Positions 27,558 to 42,000 of a DNA stretch of 64,000 nt are shown in pieces (the first letter of the stretch is position 1; each line of letters opens with the position of its first letter). Made by a program: the position numbers and the translations under genes. The stretch comes from Asterias rubens (lineage: Eukaryota), in assembly GCF_902459465.1 (NCBI RefSeq), contig NC_047071.1:3534001-3598000 (forward strand), read 5' to 3'. The notes under the pieces are model-generated. The model saw nothing but the letters and a program-made list of their open reading frames with translations. It had not been told where the DNA came from and ran no database searches.

Positions 27558-30500
27558 TTATATATCTGTTTCTGTGCTATTATTTTCAAGTTTCAAGACG
27601 ACACCACCAGAGTTAATATCAGTCCTTCTGGCGGATTGCTTATCACCATCCCTGCCAGATGCTCCTACCAGAAGAGGGTCATTCTCATTCGGAGAAAGGG
27701 GCGAGTTTCTCGGAGATGTGACGTCAGACGAGTCCGTTTCCTTAGGTACCGTTTTCTTGGCTGGGGGTTTGATATGGACGAACGTCTCGATCGGAACGCT
27801 AGAGGGCACTTTTTCTGCTTCTTGATTTGTCATCAAATGATCACGATCGGATTTATACATTGGAGGAGACGTTTTGTTCAGCCAAGCATACTGTATCAAG
27901 GGAGAAGAAGACATTATATGCAGAGAAATAATTGACTACAAAATTAAGTTGGTTAATCAAGCGTAGATTTTGTGCTCCGTACAGTTGAGGAATACAAGCC
28001 TACAAGTTTTCTTTTCACTTCACTTTTCTCTAGAACCCGAGCCAATAACTACACAATGATGTGACACAAAAACTTGTATACGATCACGCAACGAAAAAGT
28101 AAAGTCAGTTTGATTGGCGGAAGCGTATCAAAGTTTTCATTCATTTGCGTCTAGGCTACGATTAGTTAGAGCAAGAACTAAGTTTAGGCGTAGCCCATGC
28201 AGCAAAAGACCCGCCCTTTCATAATGACGTAACAAGACCAAAAACAGCACTCTCACTGACGGCCAATGCAAGTAGCCTTAATACCGAGTTTAAAATCCTC
28301 ATAGACAGAATGCACTATCCAATATTGTGGCTGTAATTCGAATGTTGTTAGAAGATTGTGATGCTGAGTAGGCCTACGTGCAGTTAGGCTTAACAGGACA
28401 TTTTAAGAAGAAATTAACAACCGCAGAAAAACGAGGTATTTAAAGTTAGCATGCAAATGAGGAGTCCAATTTTGTGCAAGGCCAAAAATGGCTTCTGGTT
28501 GCTCTTTTTGTTGTTATGAATTTATACTACTCACACAATTCCACAGCATGCAGATACAGGCAAGACAACGTCCAAGACACCAAGATTGCAGATAGAAGCA
28601 GGCAGACTAATGAAGCAAGCAGACAATCAGCAGAAAGACAAATAAAATATCCATACTTTACCTTGGCTCACCTTAACCAAACCATGATCAGTCTTATCTC
28701 TTGACTCCTCTTGCACTTGTTGAAGCTCAGGAAGAATAGGCACCCGATTGATAGTCAGTGCTCTGTTTCTCATTAGTGTGATGGCAACAAACCAACGGTT
28801 GCGGGCTCGACGCGACTTCACTTCAGATGTGCTTTTGGTTGGAGATGATGTTTTCTGACCTGTAGTTAAAATGTCGTTGTTATTAGTTATTACCAACACA
28901 TAACAATATCGTTTCGGACCTTGTAGGGTCTTTCTCTGATTTTAGCCTTCGAGAAAACCTCTGCTAAGGTCGAAATGTCAGGCCGTTAACTTTGTCTTTT
29001 TGTTTGCATTTATACATAATAATGTTCTTTTGGTTGGTACAGCGGTCGCAACAGCTAATAATTTGCCTATATTACCAATAAAACCAACCGTTTACTTAAA
29101 ACTTAAAAACCACTCCGATTGCCTCTTAACTGACCTTCTTCTACGATGTCAAATGTCTTGTAACTTGTGAGTTGTGCTGATGTGAACTTGTTCTTGCCAA
29201 TGGACTTCCATAATAAATGACAAAACGTGACCACCACAGGATGGGTATGGGCCACCTCCAGTTGAATAAACCCAATATAGGCTTTAAAACCTGCAATGGG
29301 TACAAATCGAATCAAACAGAAATCTTCACTACTTAACGAATGAATCGATATGGCAGTTTGAAAGTTAGAAACATTTGAGTTTTCAAAGAAACTAACCAAT
29401 TGAATACACCGGTTGTGGTGCACAAAAGATGATCCTGACTTGATATTTATTTGGGAGTATAAGTGGATACGAAATTTGCGAGTCACATGACCATTCTCTC
29501 GTGACACCTTGCCCCACATTCTAAAGAACTTTTTCAATTTGTATTCATTCCCTATTCTCACTTGCCAGTTTTCATTCAACAGTGGCAGTGTATTTCAAAT
29601 AAGTCCGATTAAGGTTAGTGTCTGTACTTTTATTTGGGTTCTTATTCCTTGGACTAAACATGCTTTACCTGGATCCCAAAGTTCCCATCCACGCATTAAG
29701 GTGCACCGATCGATCCGACCAATGAACAAAACGCCGAACACTACTGCCTTCAGAATCCTCATAAGACAGGATATCAGACCAAGAAGGACGTTCATGAACA
29801 GCGTGATGTAAACAGTGACGTTGAAGGCTCGCCTTAAAAACGAGAGTGACAACAGTTATTGCAAAGTTATTTCATAATTATTGTTGCCAGCTGAATCCTA
29901 CACAGTTGATATAAAAAAACTGTAAAATTGTTATAATAAAAAAATGCTCAAAAGAAGGAAATATTTTCAGAAAATGTAAAAAACTACACGAAAATAATGT
30001 GGAACAAACCCATTTCTGAGTCAACATAATAATATCAGTTTCAGGGCTGGGTCACTTGCCCCAAAGTCTGGTACAAAGTTTGTACTTTGCCAAAATATAT
30101 CAAGAATTCGCTAACCTATTGTTCAGACTCAAATGTATTGTCTTCTTTTTCTTCTTCTTTTTATCTTCTTTGTCAGCTTGAAGAAAAGCTAATCGAGACA
30201 GAAATACTTGGGCGTAGTACAAAATGAGACCAACCACAAAGCTCAACCTGCGTAGATAACCATGTGAGAATCAAAAGATAAATACACAATGACATACCAG
30301 CTACTGCACTAAAACAAACGTCTACTACTGAGGGAGGAGGCTTCAACAAAGTCAACAAGATATTACATAATCGATATTTACATCCAAGTTAATGAACAAT
30401 ATTTTTGGGGTTAATACTGAATCTGAAAACTATTGACATAGTATGTCATTTTGTCCTGAAATATAATGTATAAATAAAATTTAAAATAAAATTTAAAATT

Positions 30501-32752
30501 GTCAAAATCAAAAATAAATGCACACAGCTTTGCTTAAAACTGGCAAACAATTTAAATGACCATACCAAACCAAGTGCTATATGTTATTAAAACTTACCAA
30601 TAGTCATTGAGTAGATTGAGAAGCGCAGTCTCCATACGTTTACTTAAAGGGTAAATGATTCCATACGTCACGAAAAACACAAGTGCCCAAGAAACAATCT
30701 GAAGAATGAAGAAACCTGGAGGGAGTAAATCATATAATCAATTAGTCAAGGAAAGTAGAAAACAGAAAGACGATTAGAATGTTAATTTTTGGTTTTACCC
30801 TTACACCAATAATACTTTCTCGAGCTCTTTGAACAAAAATCACCGGCAATGACTCGGGTGGGATTCGAACCACCTTTGCGATTCTAGAGCAGTTTCTAAC
30901 CAACTTATAGAACACCGAGATTGCCCGGTAGCTAGTGGCAGTTCTAAACTTATTTAGCAGCGGGTATCGTAACTTACTAGAAACACACTTAGTGACTTTG
31001 TACTTCTGTACTTACCCCAGGCCGAGAATCCGATATGATATCCAGAATATCGTAAATTAGCAACCTGGTGAACAGGAAGAAAAACAACAAGGCACATCAT
31101 GTAGAAATAAAAGCCCAATGGGAGACTTTCTGGGACGATAGAGGGCAGCAGACTTACCGGGTAAATCCATTGTTCTCAGAATTATGCGCATGTTCAGAAC
31201 TACGTAAACAATGGAAATATACCCGGTATGTCTGCTGCCATCTAGCGTTGGAAAGTCTCCTATTATAAACAGGAAATGTTTGATAGACAAAAAACACTAT
31301 TAGATTAACGAGTGTGTCTCTTTCAATGAGGATTGGAACGTCAGATTGTTATTTTATTTCAGAGCTAAAACATGCAAACTCACCACCAACGAGTCGAAAC
31401 TGAAATCTTCCCTGGGGCAGAAGTTTTTGTTTCCTTTCCAAAGACGAAGAGTATGTTTCCTAAGTTGAAAGACAAGAATGGTATACTGGTAGCAGTTACA
31501 AAACTTTGGTAGCAATATTTACTTCAATAAAACAATAATTTGAACTTTTCGTATCACACCATCAGATGGAATCTTACCTGTAGCAAATTTGCATATGGAA
31601 GGAATAAAGTACAGTTGTTACGATGGCGAAATAACAGGTCCCCCAGAAAGTACCTGTAATACATAACAAATAAAACTAAAATAACAATTTAAAGACAACA
31701 AAATAATTGACAATCGAATAAGAATGTTATGAAAATAAGGAGAGCCAAACAATATCTTAAATTCGTCATTTGTTTACCACAAAGTTTTTTTTACTGTTAA
31801 GTTCAACAATCGTACGGTTTATTTTTAGACACAAAATTAGGTCATAATGACGTCATACTTACTTTCAGCGATATCGAAGAAGTCCTTGAGTTCGTAGAAA
31901 GTCGCTGTTTCATTTGATCTCTCAAATATATTATAAACAGATCCATTAATAGCTAGAGATGCATTGGCAGATTCCCAGACGCTGGATAAGGACATGATGT
32001 AAACCAAACCAAGCTGTACAAGAACAAAACAGGAGTCACATTTATTTCATTTTAAGGAACTTTTAACATTATTATCAAAAACAACATGAAACTTATTATT
32101 AGCATAATTTATGATTTGTATTTTTTTTATTTAAATGTAACAACAATCGCTCTCAGGTAGTCAATAATAGGCTAGTATTTGATTCTGTACTCTAAAACAC
32201 TGAGTATTTACAATTATGAACTAACTTAGGATTAATTTGTAATAAATATATAAATTGTCAGCTTACCTGGTATGTGGTTAGAGAGCTCAGGACAAAGGTG
32301 CAAACAATTCTTCTTGAAAACTTGAAGCCTGAATGACACAAACAAATAATTTGAGAGTTTATAGAAAAAAGGGCGATGTCATTGAACTACCTTAAAGTGT
32401 GGGGGAAAAAGATTTTCCCTAAAAGGCTTCATCATACTTTCCTGAATTAGCATTTTTGTTTTAATTAAATGACTTTATGCTAATTAGATTCCTCCATTTT
32501 GCCAACCAAAAGTGTTACCAAGCGCGATGTGCAATTAAGATTTCATGGTAAAAGGTTTAGCATTAAAAGTATTCTTAATTTGCTGAACTGAATTGTAAAT
32601 GATTGATTGATCTTGTATAACTTACCTGGTGCGTCATCTATCAACTTTCTTCTCCATTTGACTGTGAGGCTTGGCTCCCCTACCCTAATCAATCAAATAA
32701 GTTTAAACTTGTTTGGAGTGTCTTGTTTAAAATAATATATCTTCATTCATAG

Positions 32753-32811
<59 letters not shown>

Positions 32812-35800
32812 TATAAAACATTTATATATAGTACCAAAATCAACACAATAAAATAGTTCGAATGAAGTACAGACAGTTTCATGAAATTAATTACAATACA
32901 CTTTTGTTGGAAAAGATAACATGCGCGCAGTTTCTTGAAATTTGAGCATCCTTGATGATGAGCAAATTCGGAAGGATTATTTGTTTCCATGACGACATTA
33001 GAGATGTTTTGAGCATAAAGGTGAGTTTGTATGTAAAGATGTACAGTCTCGTGTAAGACTGCAGTCTTACTCTGGTGTGGGTTTTCTTAGAAGGTACTGA
33101 ACTCGCTCGTAGAAATGAGTCTTCTTAAATTCCTCGTCGATATCGCTGTCTACTGCGGTTTTATCCATCGTCGAATCCTGTCGAGTACAATTATAATAAA
33201 TGGTGTTTGGGAATTTTTTTCAAAACCACGCCTTTGGTCTGTAGGTTTCGAAATCCTCTCTACTTCTTCATGTGTTTTAAAAACAGTGGACGGACCAATG
33301 AAGGAGCCGAAATTCAAAGACTGGTTTTCGAAATGACCTGCAATGTAGCCTAATATATTATCTTGTAAAAGATTTCAAAACTAAATTGTCGTTTCAAACA
33401 AATTCAGAATTTGTATTAATTTATTTGTTTAAACCATAAGACTTAGCAGAAGACCCGTAGTAAAAGGAAAGAAAATTACTAAAAATTAACACAAGGCCTA
33501 ACATAAAAAAAAACATCGGGCGAAGTTAAACACCCTAACAGCCAAACACAGAATAAGTTGGCGATTAAAAATATGCATCAACGGATATTTCAATATATAA
33601 CCCATTCACATGGTAACATAAGTCTTTTGAAACTCACCGTTTCCTGGAATACTAATCTTCTAAAATCTGTGTATATTCCATAGCCGAATCGGATTTCCAG
33701 TCCTATGTAGCATATGAACACTGGACCCAACACTGCCGTTACTATCTTACCTACAATCTAATATTAACAGATAGAAATTGAAGATCACATTAAACATTGT
33801 AATGAGAACAAAATACGAGCATTTATAAGAGCAAGAATTTGTCATGGCATCCATTTTATCTGAGAGTGGTTTGGACTTAACGATCGTCAAAGACCATTTC
33901 TGGCAGTTCGGACAAGGACACATTGAATCTAATGTGTGTTTTTAAGTATCGATGGCTTTTGAACTTACCCCTTCCTCTTTGGGACAAGCTAAAAGAACAG
34001 CTACGTAATAGAAACTCCTGTAACACAACAAATTCAAAGTTTAATTTATGATGTATTTGACCACAAAATGTATTTGTTGCATAGGAAAAGAACTCAGGAA
34101 TTTACTGAGCAGTGTTTAATGTACATCGATGTAAAGGAAAAAACATAAGTTATATTCTTGTCCATAATAAGTTAATAACATTACTCATTCTGGAGTTACT
34201 TCAATGAATTAACCAATCAATAATCAATATCAAGTAAGTGATCGATTGGTCGATCAATCAGTCAATCAGTCAATCAAGCAAGCAATCATACTGTCGTGAT
34301 GAAATATATATAGATATGTTTAAAGTAAATGAAGTGATTTTCTTACCAGACAGTAGAGTAGATTAGACCAATAACATTGCCAGTTAATTTATGTTCAGTA
34401 CTCAAACACAGAAGGATTGGATAGTAAACCACGCTGATTTCAAACACGTTGACAATCGCTATGAATATTAAAACAGTTCCTATTGAGAAAAAGAAAGAAA
34501 ACAAATTATATTAGTTTCTTCTTGTGTTCTAGCCTATGTCGAGGAAAAAAAAGATTCTGAAGAGCTGTTGGTGGACACTATTGGTAATTACTCAAAATAA
34601 TTGTTAGCATAAAACCTTTCTTGGTGACGAGTAATGGGGAGAGGTTGGTGGTATAAAACATTGTGAGAAACGGCTCCCTCTGAAGTGGCATAGTTTTCGA
34701 GAAAGAAGTAGTTTTCCACGAATTTGATTTCGAGACCTCAGATTTAGAACTTTGAGGTCTCGAAATCAAGCATCAGAAAGCACACAACTTCGTGTGACAA
34801 GGTAGTTTTTTTCTTTCATTACTATCTCGCAAGTTCGATGACCAATTGAGCTCAAATTGTCACAGGTTTGTTATTTTATGCATATGATGAGATAAACCAA
34901 CTGTGAAGGCTAGTCTTTGACAATTACCAATGGTATAAAATATTGTGAGAATCGTCTCCCTCTGAAGTCAAACGTAGTTTTTGAGGAAGAAGTAATTTTC
35001 CACTCAGTATTAAAAGACTTTAGGCCCGAAGCCTGTTTCTTTCATTGTTACTAATTTAGTCCAAATTTGGACAGGTTTGTTATTTTATGCATAATGTTGG
35101 GATGCACCATGATAACACCAAGTATGAACACTTGTCTCTGACAATAACCAGAGATGTCTAGTGCCTTTATTGAACATCCGAGGTGAAACTGTTTAAAACT
35201 TTAAAATATAAATATTTACCTTGGAAGACTCCAGGAATGTGACTTATATCTGGATTAAAGAACCAATCACCAGTGAATAAAAGAACCACACACGTTGACA
35301 TGGCAGCAAATGCGCATGCGTAGGATAATCGATCCTCATACGCATCGATAAAGTTAGAAGGTCTGTGGGTAGATAACAATTCATTTAGAGTTAGGTTTAT
35401 CTGATCACTTGGAGAGATAATTAATTGACTAGAGCAAAACAGGTTGTTTGAATTGAATTACTTCCTGTTTTTATCACAGATCAAGGATACAATGTTTTCG
35501 TGCATTCGTCTAGTCTTACATTTAAGTTACATGGTCTAGTTTTATTTTACATACATTATGTTTTTTTCTTTGAGCGAATTTATAAATAATAATAAAAAGG
35601 TTTTTTGTTAAAAGCGAATTTTAACAGATGTTGCTGATCCAAAACGAAAAACATAATGCATAATGCGTGAGCGTAATGAATACTGCATAATGCTTTTGCA
35701 TAGTCCCACAGATGTACAATAACACAATGGCTATTATGTTAAGTGGAACTTGACGACAAATCTGTTTATTTTATTTAACTTAAACGCGTTTTTTCCGTAA

Positions 35801-37333
35801 TAGGCCTAATACCTAAAACAACTTTCTCGAATCCTTAATCTCAATTTTCGGGTCGTGTGTTTACATCAATAGGCTCATAAAACCAAGACGTTGGTAATTG
35901 ACCAATATTCTAAAAAAAAAAATTAAATGAAGCTGTTCACTTACTCTGGAATACTCGGTCTTTGAGCGCAACATTTCGGCCAAAGACGAACTCTTGGTTG
36001 TAGAAACGAAAACACGATGATAATTATGATCTATACAAAATAATAGGCAATAAAAACCACCGACATATTAAACAAAATGATAACCTCAAGTACGATCGGA
36101 CGGGGCCTATATAATAATTTGCATTCTGTTCAAAATACTGGCAGTAAAACCAGCAATTTTTCTCAACCATAATCTAGCATGTTTATTTTGACGTAATTAT
36201 TGTTTATACAATCATCATGTGTGGGTGAAGCTGGCGAAAGAATATGAAACAAGATTCTAAGCACATATAAACGCAGTCTTTTTCATATGATCTCTTCAAT
36301 AAGGTCATTATGTCACTCTGATAGAAGGCTAGATAGAGCGTGAGCTATGCACAATGGACTGTTTTCTCTTTGAACCACACCTGTTTACACTTTCACTACG
36401 TGTAGATATGCAGGTCATAGGCACGATTGTCTTCCTCGTTCATCAATATGAGGACAATTATGTGTTATTTTTTTATTTTTTTAGTTTGTTCACTCTGTGG
36501 TATGATGCTAGGCACGAAAACCTAAAGTTGTCCATTTATTGTGGTTTAATCACGAATGAAACATTAATGTACTTACAGATGGTATAACACTAAGCTGAAT
36601 CCAGTATTTCATATCATATGCTGTATTCTCACACACGGTACCACCTCCTCCATCTGGTATCGGTGTCACATTCATTTCCCTGAAAAAAAAATCACACGAT
36701 TATTAAATAGCTGTATCATTACAATATAATATTGGCTTTTTGACTTTCTAATTTCCAGATGCCCTCCTCGTTGCATAATATAACAATCCACTATCCATGC
36801 ATACAATAATGTCCAGGTACCAATTTCATATAGGACAGGTAGCCTGTAACAACAACATTATTCTTACCAGAATATATCGGCCAAAATACATGTGCCATTT
36901 TGTGACTGGTATCCTACTCACTTTTTGGGTAGCAGGAAATTGCTAAGCAATATTTTTCTGCTTAGCAGCTCTATGAATTCAGGCCCGGATGCTCCACTAT
37001 TTATGAATAATGAACTTGACTAGCCATGATCTCTCTATAATGAGTTATTTCATAATATATTAATGGACACAATTTATACATCAAGTTCTTCAACTTAGCC
37101 CTGACAATTTTTAATAATTTTTATATGACAGGAAATTATCTCAATGACGTGACGTCAATTACTACAAAGGCAGATGCATATGCCTTACCCGACCTGCCAA
37201 GAAACCATTCTTACAATAAAGACCATAATGTTGAAACATTGTAAGCATTTAAAGACAATAATATTGCGAATCCAAGACAAACAAAGACTCACCCTTGGGA
37301 AAATAAGCCGGTGATATTGAATAAATCCGCCAT
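27558..37333 (-). CDS. STRA6L: STRA6-like multipass receptor, copy A (20 coding exons, 781 aa as assembled)
   Basis: Exons 37333-37293, 36679-36577, 36030-35945, 35362-35220, 34479-34347, 34017-33969, 33757-33638, 33177-33071, 32684-32626, 32328-32267, 32013-31863, 31653-31578, 31459-31384, 31064-31016, 30715-30598, 30247-30116, 29832-29669, 29290-29135, 28859-28672, 27890-27558. STRA6-family motifs GFKFSRRIVCT, GRIDRCTLMRGWELWDPG, EVAHTHPVVVTFC, RARNRWFVAITLMRN. Confidence 0.88.
30775..30975 (-). mobile_element. tRNA-derived SINE (second family)
   Basis: Reverse complement matches the 60410 copy (GGATTCGAACC, TTTTACCCTTACAC). Confidence 0.6.
32754..32811. repeat. (AATC)n microsatellite
   Basis: Read directly. 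Confidence 0.95.
34567..35168 (-). mobile_element. Kolobok-like MITE family 1 fused to a diverged related copy
   Basis: Family-1 sequence to about 34935, then a diverged repeat of the same internal motifs ending GTGCCTTTA. Confidence 0.7.
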
Positions 37334-37971
37334 GATGCAATAGGCCTGAGAGAATATGTAGATAGTGGCGCCTAGTCTACGCCATGCTCACTTGAAATAA
37401 CCTATAATAATGGTAACTGTGTCCACCATCAACATCCAACTGACAGTCAGCACTTCAGTAGAACAATTTAATGGATCAGGAAAACAGGGTCATCCTCAAT
37501 TCACGGCAACAAGGAAGTGAACCTTTTAAATGTGAAGTTAGTCGTCACAAATTGGAACAAACGTCCACCTTTTCGGTATCATGTCAACACAGCTTGCAGA
37601 TTAATATGATCATGGAGGTGATAAAGAAACTACGTGCATTTATGCCTTCTGCAAACAACCCCTGATATCAATGCATACTGAACCCTATACACTAGGCCTA
37701 TTATTATAGGCCTCCTACCAACCTTTACACTGACTCAGTGTGTAAACACAAATAATAAATCTCTTTCCCTTTAGTGAACTATGACCCCCTGTATATTATT
37801 GTCAATTATGAATTCCTAGACACGACCCTGTAGCGTGAACTGACATGTGGCCCTTTGTCCAAAGCCTAGTTTGAAAAATGGTTTTATGGAAACGGGAAAT
37901 TTAGAATAACAAACACACAGTATAGACAAGCACGATCAGTACTCGATTGAGTAGTACTCCGTAAAATAATC

Positions 37972-38166
37972 TTCCGACAGAGATGTTGGTTGACTAATAT
38001 AAAGCAATTATTGAAACTTTACAAAAATACAAATAAATTTATTTTTATTTTCAATCTTCGGAAATTTTTTTGTTGGCCGAAGATTTAAAATAAAAATAAA
38101 CTTATTTGTATTTTTGTAAAGTTTAAATAATTGCTTTATATTAGTCGACCAACATCTCTGTCGGAA
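37972..38166. repeat. Near-perfect 195-bp foldback between the two STRA6-like genes
   Basis: Arms TTCCGACAGAGATGTTGG...AATCTTCGG and CCGAAGATT...CCAACATCTCTGTCGGAA with few mismatches. Loop at 38062-38076. Confidence 0.85.
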
Positions 38167-39094
38167 TCTTGTACGTCCCCCATAATGACGCCAAGTTTTT
38201 CCAAGACAAAACAGCATGACTTTACAATACAACAACATCAACAACAACAAACAGCATACAACAAAAAAAACAACAGCAGCAACAATAATATGGCGAAGTA
38301 AAGACTTCGGACGGATAGTATTTGCTGATTTAATCCACGTTTCCTTGTAAGACAGACATGACGGGGCCAACTTGAATCAACCATCAATCATTTTATATAA
38401 GACGGCATTGAAACGAGACTCTATCTTAAGAAGAAGAGAAGAAGAAAAATTGTACCGTCAATACCAGGATTAAAACGAAGTCACTAGAAAGTCATAGGTC
38501 CAAAAACGTCTGTTTAGTGTTAATGCTTGCAAACAAATAAATCAGTTATTTTAACAAAACAACTGACAAGCAAGTATCATCTAAGAATAGCCGCGAATCT
38601 AATGAAAGTCCTCCTCTTAGGCGAAAGTTGCAGCCGCAAAAGGGACCAAAGTGTCACATTTTTCATAGGGAACTCGGAAAGACTGATTATGGGTTGTGTC
38701 AAAACAAGGTTGCCGACAAGGGGAATAAAGAAAACCTCCTGTCGAAGAGGTGAGTGTTTTAAAAGGTTATTCTAAAGTCCAATCATTCAAGTATGTGTCA
38801 AAGTTGTTTAATTATTAACAGTCAGTGTTTATTCCCATGGAAAAATCACAGTTTGTCTTTGATTAGTAAATGGCCATCGGGTGTCTCCCGGTACTGCTTA
38901 TAATACCAAAAAGAACCATTTATAGGTTCTATTTGGAACTCGGTCGTGTCATCCATCGGGAATTTGGTTGGAGGTTTTTTTGGATAACATGGATAAATCT
39001 TTTCATGATAAAACTGATCTATCCGACTGGTGACGCCATTTGCACCCATTCATCTTCTGTTTTAATTAAAAAGGTTAAATTTCTTCAAAGCAAA

Positions 39095-42000
39095 ATGGCG
39101 GAGTTTTTCATTTCAACAAATGTATCAAGTTTTTCATTCTGTGGACGTGAACTGGAATTGGAATACTGGACGTATATTTCTTTACCAGTCTCGGTAAGTA
39201 AAACAAACAACATTCAAATAATTATCAGGAGTGTGGTTTCAATTTACATTCTATGTTTTCGCATACAATAATCGGCCTTAGAAGGTTATAAGGAACTCTG
39301 AAAAGTGAATGTCGAGGTCATCATTTCTACACATAAGCTAGGTTCATGTGCCTTTAATCATCTCAGCGTTGGAATTGTTTTCAGAATGAATTAGAAATTT
39401 GTTTTGAAAAGATTTTTGCGCCGGCGTTTTCGGTGTCATGCCAAATTAATTAGTGATGTTGAAATACAAGGAACAACTCGTTCACATTAGACACTGGATT
39501 TTTACTTCATTGATTATGCAATTATGCTAAAGTTACATTTTATTATTTCAGCTATCAATAATAGTAATGTTCTCCCTTCTGGAGGCTAGAGTGAGTCTGT
39601 GGCCAAACTGCTGTAATCGGAGACCAGGCATCCCATAGTAAGATTGTTAATGTTATTATTAATAAGTGTAAATTTATATCAAATTATGAAACGAAGATAC
39701 CATATATATAAGGTGATGGACTTTAAAGATTGGTGGTTCGCCTAAAAACTGTGTCACCCCAAACGCACCAATATTAGAGTTAAAATAACTACATGAATCA
39801 CTAAACATGTACCACTTAACGAACATGGATCAGTTAAATGTTCACAGAGAGAATGCCAGTGCAAATATCTTGTCATTTGTTTGTTGATGCACCTTTTTGT
39901 AATTTCTTCTTTGATATAGTCCAGTAAATCTAGTGGATTCTTATGACGATCGTTGGTCTTTTTCAAGCGCCTTTGCTGTAATGTCAACCAGTATCTTACT
40001 CCTATTCAGCGGACAGTGGGTCTACAACCCAAATATCGATTATATACCCAATATGCTTAGAGGTAATCAATCAATACTTGATTTACTATTTTTCTATTGG
40101 CTTTTTATGGGGGGATTTTATTTTTAAATATTTGCATGTATTCGGAAGTGTTCGTACACCAACACACCCAATTTGGTTTGTGGTAACACTACGTGTGTAT
40201 TACTTGCTGGGTAGGTTATGTTCTTTTGAGAACTTGTCTTGCTTTATATTATACTACACCAATGTGGTTTTCTTTCGTATTGTTATTTTATGTTTTAAAA
40301 TTGTTTTTGATCCAGGAACAGTGAGCATCTTCATCGGGTTAGCGAATGTCTTATTGATATGTGCGATATTCTATCCATTGTTAATCTGTCTAAGAACGCA
40401 ACACAAAGTCATTGGAAATATCGTCGGGTTACTATTCAATACAGCATGGTAAGTGTTCATCAGATGAACTTAAATTTATCCAAATCTACATTTATAAAAT
40501 GACTGATTTGTGTTGATCGTGTTGATTTTTATGATTCACAGGATGACGTATTATCTCATGATAATGTTGTTCTGCCAAAACATCGAAATTGTAAGTTGAT
40601 TATAATGCTCATTCCCTTCTTTCATTAATTTTGTTTTATTTCCAACAAATCATGAAATTTGTAACTTACTTTGTTGTACATATATAATGGTACTTTTACC
40701 ATGAAACACTGGAAATTGACACACAAAAAAACCTTCGGGTTTAAACTTATACATGCTTATTTATACATGAAAAGTATTATACTGAATTAAACAATGATTT
40801 TCCAATATCTGTACATCCATCCAGCTTGCAGATAGGACGACCATTGCTATAACAGTACCAGTGTTTATTGGTTACATGTTCTTAGAGATACGTTTTGGCA
40901 ATGGGCTTTACGAGCAACTAAAAAAGGCAACATGCAAGGTAAAGTCACTTACGTTAACTCCAAATGGTTCCATTTAAAATATATTGCTTTTCTTAATATA
41001 TTATTTCTATCGAGTTTTTATTTTCTCACCAAATAATCAAATTCTGTTTTTGTTTGTTAAGAGAGACGAACATGATCATGAAGAAGTTAAAGATGACTTT
41101 AAGAAGACACACTACTACGAGAGAGTCAAATATTTACTGACTCCATTCAAAGAAGAGTAAGTTTTATTTGCAGAAAACAAAAATGGTTTTATCCTTCAAT
41201 CGTGAAAGTTTTCTTTAAAGAATTCAGCGCGTCAAAAGAATAACATTCGTCTTCATCAAACTGCTTACAATGCTCTACAATCGACAGGTCAATATGCTTT
41301 TGTCAACCTCGACTTTGCAAGAAGAATATTGATAAACACTAATTTGTCTTACCCTTATAATTTTTATATCATGAAGTTTCATTTGTTTGCAGGGGAGAAG
41401 TGAGTTTCTCAGTCCGACTCAGAAGAAAGCTTTACTCTGATGCTCCTGGTAAGTTTCTTAATACTGCGTCCTGTAATAGTGCCTTAAGCAAGAACATAAT
41501 ATGATGCGGAACGTCACTTTTATAAATGTTTGCAAATTTGAAACAACTTTGTAATTGTTGCTCAGGTTTCAGATATTCAGCAAGAGTTATCTGCACAGTG
41601 GTACTAGCGACGTTAACTACGTACCAGGTACGAACATTCACCAAGGTACAGGGATGTACAACGTCGAATTTTAAACAAAGACATCATGTATTACAATTCT
41701 TTGGTAGGCCTATATTATATAATTGCCTATGTCTCTTTGTATTAAAATACAAAGAGACATACAATAACTCATTTATTGGAATGCTACAAAAACTTTAAGA
41801 AAGCAGCTTTTCAGCATAAAATAAAGAGATCTTTATGAATTATTGTTATTAATAAGAGTAACAACATAATTGAGAGAAACTTGAAATGGTTGCCTCTTTT
41901 TGGTCACTATATAGTCTTGGCCCAAGACTATGGTGCTTGATTCTGGATAGTGTACTACGCGCGGTTGAATCGCCAAAGCGCGCCCGCCACGGTATGATTT

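Noticed and set aside
28474-28704. Signal-peptide-like ORF antisense to STRA6L-A
   Set aside because: It starts at GTG, overlaps a real exon on the other strand, and has no supporting structure.
33210-33337. Possible extra STRA6L-A exon after a TGCAG acceptor
   Set aside because: The phase-0 frame required by the previous exon hits TGA after seven codons; copy B has no counterpart and the model is complete without it.
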